Source of the DNA: a virus
Lineage: Duplodnaviria > Heunggongvirae > Uroviricota > Caudoviricetes
Virus record (IMG/VR): IMGVR_UViG_2541047805_000001
DNA length: 23,775 nt
Direction: 5' to 3' (one strand)
Shown here: in pieces, positions 17,913 to 23,775 of the stretch
Layout of the letters: the number at the start of each line of letters is the position of its first letter
How positions within the stretch are numbered: the stretch's first letter is position 1
Notes under the pieces: model-generated
The model's input: only the letters and a program-made list of their open reading frames with translations
The model's database searches: none
What the model was told of the DNA's origin: nothing
Position numbers and translations under genes: made by a program

Positions 17913-18039
17913 GAGGTTGCCCCGTATTCAGTGTCGCTGATTTGTATTGTCTGAAGTTGTTTTTACGTTAAGTTGATGCAGATCAATTAATACGATACCT
18001 GCGTCATAATTGATTATTTGACGTGGTTTGATGGCCTCC

Positions 18040-18300
18040 ACGCACGTTGTGATATGTAGATGATAATCATTATCACTTTACGGGTCCTTTCCGGTGATCC
18101 GACAGGTTACGGGGCGGCGACCTCGCGGGTTTTCGCTATTTATGAAAATTTTCCGGTTTAAGGCATTTCCGTTCTTCTTCGTCGTAACTTAATGTTTTTA
18201 TTTAAAATACCCCCTGAAAAGAAAGGAAACGACAGGTGCTGAAAACGAGCTTTTTGGCCTCTGTCGTTTCCTTTCTCTGTTTTTGTCCGTGGAATGAACA
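18040..18300 (+). other. Lambda-type cos site (cosQ-cosN-cosB) immediately upstream of the Nu1 homolog
   Basis: ...GATCCGACAGGTTACG|GGGCGGCGACCTCGCGGGTTTTCGCTATTTATGAAAATTTTCCGGTTTAAGG... is near-identical to the joined right and left ends of phage lambda as I recall them. The 12-nt cohesive-end sequence GGGCGGCGACCT lies at 18110-18121. Confidence 0.8.
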
Positions 18301-18882
18301 ATGGAAGTCAACAAAAAGCAGCTGGCTGACATTTTCGGTGCGAGTATCCGTACCATTCAGAACTGGCAGGAACAGGGAATGCCCGTTCTGCGAGGCGGTG
18401 GCAAGGGTAATGAGGTGCTTTATGACTCTGCCGCCGTTATAAAATGGTATGCCGAAAGGGATGCTGAAATTGAGAACGAAAAGCTGCGCCGGGAGGTTGA
18501 AGAACTGCGGCAGGCCAGCGAGGCAGATCTCCAGCCAGGGACTATTGAGTACGAACGCCATCGACTTACGCGTGCGCAGGCCGACGCACAGGAACTGAAG
18601 AATGCCAGAGACTCCGCTGAAGTGGTGGAAACCGCATTCTGTACTTTCGTGCTGTCGCGGATCGCAGGTGAAATTGCCAGTATTCTCGACGGGATCCCCC
18701 TGTCGGTGCAGCGGCGTTTTCCGGAACTGGAAAACCGACATGTTGATTTCCTGAAACGGGATATCATCAAAGCCATGAACAAAGCAGCCGCGCTGGATGA
18801 ACTGATATTGGAGCGCTGCCAACGACTGGAGGGACTATTTCAGGTCCGTTGTCTGTTACTGATGGGATCACCGGGGCACTGA
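18301..18882 (+). CDS. nohQ: Terminase small subunit Nu1 homolog, C-terminally truncated and fused to unrelated sequence
   Basis: First ~170 aa ([77 protein letters not shown]...[10 protein letters not shown]) match my recollection of lambda Nu1 closely. The tail ([24 protein letters not shown]) is non-homologous read-through. Confidence 0.85.
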   Translation: MEVNKKQLADIFGASIRTIQNWQEQGMPVLRGGGKGNEVLYDSAAVIKWYAERDAEIENEKLRREVEELRQASEADLQPGTIEYERHRLTRAQADAQELKNARDSAEVVETAFCTFVLSRIAGEIASILDGIPLSVQRRFPELENRHVDFLKRDIIKAMNKAAALDELILERCQRLEGLFQVRCLLLMGSPGH

Positions 18883-19895
18883 AGGGGAACGCCGATACCG
18901 CGACGAAACTTGCGGCAGCCCCAAAAATTAACGGTGTTAAGTTTGATGGCTCGGCGGATATTAACCTCACGCCGGAAAATATTGGTGCATTTGCCCGACG
19001 TTCGACGGGGGCTTATGCGGATTCGGATGGAGCCGTTCCCTGGAATGCCGAATCAGGCGCTTACAATGTCACCCGCTCTGGCAACAGCTATATTCTGGTT
19101 AACTTCTATACCGGAGTCGGAAGTTGCCGGACCTTGCAGATGAAGGCACATTACAGAAATGGAGGTCTGTTCTACCGTTCCTCAAGAGATGGCTATGGTT
19201 TTGAGGAAGACTGGGCAGAAGTTTATACCTCGAAAAATCTTCCACCAGAAAGCTACCCAGTCGGCGCACCAATCCCGTGGCCATCAGATACCGTTCCGTC
19301 TGGTTATGCCCTGATGCAGGGGCAGACTTTTGACAAATCTGCTTACCCGAAACTTGCAGCCGCTTATCCGTCAGGTGTGATCCCTGATATGCGTGGCTGG
19401 ACGATTAAGGGCAAACCTGCCAGTGGTCGGGCCGTATTGTCTCAGGAACAGGACGGCATTAAATCGCACACCCACAGCGCCAGCGTATCCAGTACGGATT
19501 TGGGGACGAAAACCACATCGTCGTTTGATTACGGCACTAAATCCACGAATAACACTGGTGCGCATACCCATAGTGTTAGCGGTACGGCTGCTTCAGCCGG
19601 TGCACATACCCATTCGATGACATTTGTTTCAGGTGGTTCCAGTGGTGCTCCGGGAAGTGGATCACCTGATTATTCTAAATACAGTGTTAACACTTCTTCT
19701 GCAGGCGCTCATACGCACTCTGTATCGGGTACTGCTGCAAGCGCAGGTGCACACGCACATACTGTCGGTATTGGTGCTCATACGCACTCCGTTGCGATTG
19801 GTTCACATGGACATACCATCACCGTTAACGCTGCTGGTAACGCGGAAAATACCGTCAAAAACATCGCATTTAACTATATTGTGAGGCTTGCGTAA
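18801..19895 (+). CDS. stfQ: Side tail fibre protein, C-terminal fragment (open frame from 18801; first TTG at 18849)
   Basis: Frame opens right at the Nu1 junction with no credible start. Contains repeated GAHTHS motifs typical of Stf-family fibres. Followed by a tail-fibre assembly gene. Confidence 0.75.
   Translation, partial: TDIGALPTTGGTISGPLSVTDGITGALKGNADTATKLAAAPKINGVKFDGSADINLTPENIGAFARRSTGAYADSDGAVPWNAESGAYNVTRSGNSYILVNFYTGVGSCRTLQMKAHYRNGGLFYRSSRDGYGFEEDWAEVYTSKNLPPESYPVGAPIPWPSDTVPSGYALMQGQTFDKSAYPKLAAAYPSGVIPDMRGWTIKGKPASGRAVLSQEQDGIKSHTHSASVSSTDLGTKTTSSFDYGTKSTNNTGAHTHSVSGTAASAGAHTHSMTFVSGGSSGAPGSGSPDYSKYSVNTSSAGAHTHSVSGTAASAGAHAHTVGIGAHTHSVAIGSHGHTITVNAAGNAENTVKNIAFNYIVRLA
19555..19810 (+). 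repeat. Degenerate in-frame coding repeats (GAHTHS(V)[10 protein letters not shown] units) within stfQ
   Basis: Recurrent ggtgc(g/a)cat/cac acc/acg cat/cac agt/tcc units encoding the motif about six times. Confidence 0.6.
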
Positions 19896-20470
19896 TGGCA
19901 TTCAGAATGAGTGAACAACCACGGACCATAAAAATTTATAATCTGCTGGCCGGAACTAATGAATTTATTGGTGAAGGTGACGCATATATTCCGCCTCATA
20001 CAGGTCTGCCAGCAAACAGTACCGATATTGCACCGCCAGATATTCCGGCAGGCTTCGTGGCTGTTTTCAACAGTGATGAGGCATCGTGGCATCTCGTTGA
20101 AGATCATCGGGGTAAAACGGTTTATGACGTGGCTTCCGGCGACGCGTTATTTATTTCTGAACTCGGTCCGTTACCGGAAAATGTTACCTGGTTATCGCCG
20201 GAAGGGGAGTTTCAGAAGTGGAACGGCACAGCCTGGGTGAAAGATGCAGAAGCAGAAAAACTGTTCCGGATCCGAGAGGCGGAAGAAACAAAAAACAGCC
20301 TGATGCAGGTAGCCAGTGAGCATATTGCGCCACTTCAGGATGCTGTAGATCTGGAAATCGCAACGGAGGAAGAAACCTCATTGCTGGAAGCCTGGAAAAA
20401 GTATCGGGTGTTGCTGAACCGTGTTGATACGTCAACTGCACAGGATATTGAATGGCCAGCACTGCCGTAG
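19895..20470 (+). CDS. tfaQ: Tail fibre assembly protein (191 aa)
   Basis: Start overlaps the stfQ stop (TAATG). 191 aa, matching the Tfa family length and the position after stf. Confidence 0.8.
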   Translation: MAFRMSEQPRTIKIYNLLAGTNEFIGEGDAYIPPHTGLPANSTDIAPPDIPAGFVAVFNSDEASWHLVEDHRGKTVYDVASGDALFISELGPLPENVTWLSPEGEFQKWNGTAWVKDAEAEKLFRIREAEETKNSLMQVASEHIAPLQDAVDLEIATEEETSLLEAWKKYRVLLNRVDTSTAQDIEWPALP

Positions 20471-20567
20471 GGTAAAACATATAAATTCTATAATTAGATG
20501 TATCTTTCCATTTACGGCAAGGAAGGGGGCTTGGAAGACGTAAAGCATCTCACACCGAGATTATTTT

Positions 20568-21158
20568 TTATATGTCAGGTGTCTGAAGTTTTGCTTTGGC
20601 TCTTAAAATGGTTTGCCGCGAGGTTTTGAATTCCCGGGCAATGGCACTTATACTTACACCTGACTTAATTCGTTCGAATACCACCTGTTTCTGTTCTTCA
20701 TTTAACACAGGTGGTCGACCAAAACGTTTCCCTGCGCCGCGGGCTCTTACTATCCCGGAATGAGTGCGTTCAAGTAAAAGGTCTCGTTCAAATTCAGCGA
20801 CTGCTGAAATTACGTGCATCATCATTTTTCCTGTTGGACTGGTCAGGTCAATGCCCCCCAATGCTAAGCAATGCACTCTGATACCTGTTTCGGTCAGTTG
20901 TTCCACTGTTTTCCTGATATCCATTGCATTACAACCAAGGCGATCCAGTTTTGTCACAATCAATTGATCACCACATTTCAGGCGAGCAAGCAACCGGTTA
21001 AAACCAGGACGCTCACTGGTTGCTGCTGAGCCGCTAATGTGTTCTTCGATTATTTGCTGAGGTTTGATTTTAAAACCTGCACTTTCGATTTCCCGGCGTT
21101 GATTTTCGGTGGTCTGATCCAGCGTTGATATCCGACAGTAAGCAAAAATTCGAGACAT
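20568..21158 (-). CDS. pinQ: Serine recombinase / DNA invertase, Pin-Hin-Gin family (196 aa)
   Basis: [20 protein letters not shown]... carries the N-terminal catalytic Ser motif and a C-terminal HTH ([17 protein letters not shown]). Confidence 0.9.
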   Translation of the reverse strand: MSRIFAYCRISTLDQTTENQRREIESAGFKIKPQQIIEEHISGSAATSERPGFNRLLARLKCGDQLIVTKLDRLGCNAMDIRKTVEQLTETGIRVHCLALGGIDLTSPTGKMMMHVISAVAEFERDLLLERTHSGIVRARGAGKRFGRPPVLNEEQKQVVFERIKSGVSISAIAREFKTSRQTILRAKAKLQTPDI

Positions 21159-21474
21159 AGTGAGACTCTATACGAAATTGGTGTTCATATCATAATGCAT
21201 CTCAGAAAATAATTTTGATTATTTTTGTGCATATTTGTATGTACACGTTCGAAAATAAACGAATGCGTATGCAACCCCGTAACTTTGGTGAGACCCAAAA
21301 TCGATTTTGTGAAAAATGGCTTTAACTCGGTTTGTTTTTCGAGTTCCGGGCGGACTCAAGGAAGAAGAATAGTGTTGCGTGTTATTTTAACCAGATTTCA
21401 AGTTGTTTGGTCGTGGAAAAGTGGAGCAAAATGTTGTTAAAGTGGAAAAATGATAAAAAAGTAAGTTTATTATA

Positions 21475-21708
21475 TTACATTTTACCATTTAAATTTTGGT
21501 TGTCTTTAAGAACTGATATCGCTGTTTGTAATAATTCTTTGTTATCCAGCCATGATTTTTTCTTTATGTTTCCTTCAATGTAATCAAGCAATGTTCTGGT
21601 ATTGATAGGTCTTCCCTGTTTTGCTACTTCCACTACAGCATCCCCTAGGATAATTCTTACTTCAGGAAGCTGCGCAGGGAACCACTTTAGGGTGTCTTTT
21701 GATTTCAT
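21475..21708 (-). CDS. ydfK: YdfK/YnaE-family small protein (77 aa), cold-shock-induced in K-12
   Basis: Internal Met of ORF 21475..21741 gives MKSKDTLKWFPAQLPEVRIILGDAVVEVAKQGRPINTRTLLDYIEGNIKKKSWLDNKELLQTAISVLKDNQNLNGKM (77 aa). Confidence 0.7.
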   Translation of the reverse strand: MKSKDTLKWFPAQLPEVRIILGDAVVEVAKQGRPINTRTLLDYIEGNIKKKSWLDNKELLQTAISVLKDNQNLNGKM

Positions 21709-22491
21709 GAAGATATTCCTTAAAATATTATTGATTTTCATTGCGATATTGTATGTCTGATTCAGGATATGTTGACTTATACATCGGTTTTGTCTGGGTT
21801 ATTGGATATGCCAATCCCTAATTTTATTAGGGCATGACTAAAAATGCTGAATATGATAAGGAGAGAAGTGATTATCAGTATGCTGTTCATATAGCCTCGA
21901 ATTAGTAATGTGTTATATATGATATAGTTGACAATTTTATCTTGGGTGTTCTTAAAGTTCGTAGATAAACATTGTCGTTTCAGGTATACAGGAATGCTAA
22001 CAGGTGGCGGCAAAAATCAGGCGGTTTATGGCGCAATCTGAAGTGGCAACTGCAAACTATCTTATGCAGAGACTCTACACGGATTGGGTTTAAAAGTATA
22101 CATAGATAACAGTTTTTATCTGAAGAAGAAAAATATCAAGGTGATATAGCCTATATGCCTTTGATGTGGAGGAATGAATGTGATGGGAGTGATGTATCTG
22201 AATAGTTGAAAAACCGCAGACACACCTTATGCAAGAACGTGCTGCGGTTGGCTGGTAAATTTTTCGATAGTGCGAGTATTGAATGATTTCCAGCCGTTAT
22301 TGATTTTACGCGTAAATCCATGAAAAAACTACTTATCTGTTGGGGAGTTTTTTGGGGCATATATGGGACAGAAATAGGCCCCAGATAGACACTGAGATCG
22401 AACTTAGGATGCTTTTAAAAAAATGCAACTATCTGAAAAAACCTAGAAAACGCCAAGGAAACCACAGGATGGGAAAAAACACCTGTGAATT

Positions 22492-23775
22492 ATGGATTTC
22501 CAGTTATATTCGCTCGGCGCAGCGTTAGTGTTTCATGAAATATTTTTTCCTGAATCATCAACGGCAATGGCGTTAATTCTGGCAATGGGAACCTACGGTG
22601 CAGGTTATGTGGCGCGTATTGTCGGAGCATTTATTTTCGGCAAAATGGGCGACAGAATAGGGCGTAAAAAAGTGCTCTTTATTACCATCACCATGATGGG
22701 GATCTGTACCACCTTAATTGGTGTGTTACCGACCTATGCACAGATTGGTGTTTTTGCACCCATCTTGCTGGTGACGTTGCGTATTATTCAGGGGTTGGGT
22801 GCAGGTGCGGAAATTTCCGGTGCCGGTACGATGCTGGCGGAATATGCGCCAAAAGGTAAGCGCGGAATTATCTCCTCATTTGTGGCTATGGGAACTAACT
22901 GCGGAACCTTGAGCGCAACGGCAATCTGGGCCTTTATGTTCTTCATTCTCAGTAAAGAGGAACTGCTGGCGTGGGGATGGCGTATACCGTTCCTGGCGAG
23001 CGTTGTCGTGATGGTCTTTGCTATCTGGTTGCGTATGAATCTGAAAGAAAGCCCGGTCTTTGAGAAGGTTAACGACAGTAACCAACCGACAGCAAAACCT
23101 GCACCTGCTGGTAGCATGTTCCAGAGCAAATCCTTCTGGCTGGCAACAGGGCTGCGTTTTGGTCAGGCGGGTAACTCCGGGTTAATTCAGACTTTCCTTG
23201 CAGGCTATTTAGTGCAGACGTTATTGTTTAACAAAGCAATTCCAACAGATGCATTGATGATCAGTTCGATTCTCGGCTTTATGACCATTCCGTTCCTTGG
23301 TTGGTTATCCGATAAAATTGGTCGCCGGATCCCGTATATTATTATGAATACCTCCGCGATTGTGCTGGCATGGCCAATGCTTTCTATCATTGTAGATAAA
23401 AGCTATGCCCCGAGCACCATTATGGTTGCACTGATTGTGATTCATAACTGTGCGGTGCTGGGATTATTTGCTCTGGAAAACATTACCATGGCAGAAATGT
23501 TCGGCTGTAAAAACCGCTTTACCCGGATGGCTATTTCTAAAGAAATTGGTGGTCTTATCGCTTCCGGTTTTGGTCCTATCCTGGCGGGTATTTTCTGCAC
23601 CATGACGGAATCCTGGTATCCGATCGCCATTATGATCATGGCATATTCAGTGATTGGTTTAATCTCTGCGCTGAAAATGCCAGAGGTGAAAGACCGTGAT
23701 TTAAGTGCGCTGGAAGACGCTGCGGAAGATCAACCGCGTGTTGTAAGAGCTGCGCAACCTTCCAGAAGTCTGTAA
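22492..23775 (+). CDS. ydfJ: MFS (metabolite:H+ symporter family) transporter, 5'-truncated by prophage insertion; host gene at the prophage boundary
   Basis: 427-aa ORF with multiple TM segments and MFS motifs (GKMGDRIGRKK; GWLSDKIGRR). The ORF begins within the first TM region, so it appears N-terminally truncated. Codon usage and GC differ from the adjacent AT-rich prophage end. Confidence 0.8.
   Translation: MDFQLYSLGAALVFHEIFFPESSTAMALILAMGTYGAGYVARIVGAFIFGKMGDRIGRKKVLFITITMMGICTTLIGVLPTYAQIGVFAPILLVTLRIIQGLGAGAEISGAGTMLAEYAPKGKRGIISSFVAMGTNCGTLSATAIWAFMFFILSKEELLAWGWRIPFLASVVVMVFAIWLRMNLKESPVFEKVNDSNQPTAKPAPAGSMFQSKSFWLATGLRFGQAGNSGLIQTFLAGYLVQTLLFNKAIPTDALMISSILGFMTIPFLGWLSDKIGRRIPYIIMNTSAIVLAWPMLSIIVDKSYAPSTIMVALIVIHNCAVLGLFALENITMAEMFGCKNRFTRMAISKEIGGLIASGFGPILAGIFCTMTESWYPIAIMIMAYSVIGLISALKMPEVKDRDLSALEDAAEDQPRVVRAAQPSRSL

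Noticed and set aside
18202-18822. 206-aa and 120-aa minus-strand ORFs overlapping nohQ
   Set aside because: The plus strand encodes a close lambda Nu1 homolog; the antisense frames are shadows.
19555-19810. Short repeated units that could be mistaken for a CRISPR-like array
   Set aside because: Repeats are in-frame codon repeats encoding GAHTHS motifs of a tail fibre; no regular repeat-spacer structure.
19371-19884. ORFs in other frames within stfQ (19393..19620, 19624..19884, 19371..19571)
   Set aside because: Out-of-frame reads of the His/Thr/Ala-rich tail-fibre repeats; the stf frame is the coherent one.
21225-21583. Plus-strand ORFs of 71 and 83 aa between pinQ and ydfK
   Set aside because: AT-rich promoter region between divergent-looking genes; Cys/Phe-rich translations, no RBS, and the second overlaps ydfK antisense.
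22788-23129. 113-aa and 69-aa minus-strand ORFs inside ydfJ
   Set aside because: Antisense to a convincing 12-TM-type transporter CDS.

Overview
The window is almost entirely one cryptic lambdoid prophage of the Escherichia coli Qin type (about 22.4 kb), running from an intact integrase at position 1 to the junction with a 5'-truncated MFS transporter gene (ydfJ) at about 22.49 kb. All gene names rest on recalled protein sequences, lengths and synteny of E. coli K-12 Qin; no database search was run. Order along the window: int, xis and a large exonuclease (minus strand); the dicB operon (ydfD, dicB, DicF sRNA, ydfC, ydfB, ydfA) under the divergent dicA/dicC immunity-like switch; a transposase remnant where replication genes would sit; flxA with a sigma-28 promoter; the relB-relE-hokD toxin-antitoxin operon; rem, ydfU and the Q-like antiterminator quuQ with a pR'/tR'-like promoter-terminator pair; cold-shock genes cspF, cspB and cspI around a phage-21-type lysis cassette (essQ, ydfR, rrrQ, rzpQ/rzoQ); ynfN, gnsB, ydfO, ynfO; a lambda-like cos site with a truncated Nu1 gene (nohQ) fused by deletion to a tail-fibre fragment (stfQ), tfaQ, pinQ invertase and ydfK. 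No rRNA, tRNA or CRISPR array was found. I do not see a clearly novel multi-gene system. The points most worth a second look are the retained cos site beside intact int/xis, the unusual domain make-up of the exonuclease, the HNH-like motif in YdfU with a possible coupled upstream ORF, and several small zinc-ribbon or hydrophobic ORFs. Coordinates of RNA and regulatory sites are approximate (+/- a few nt).
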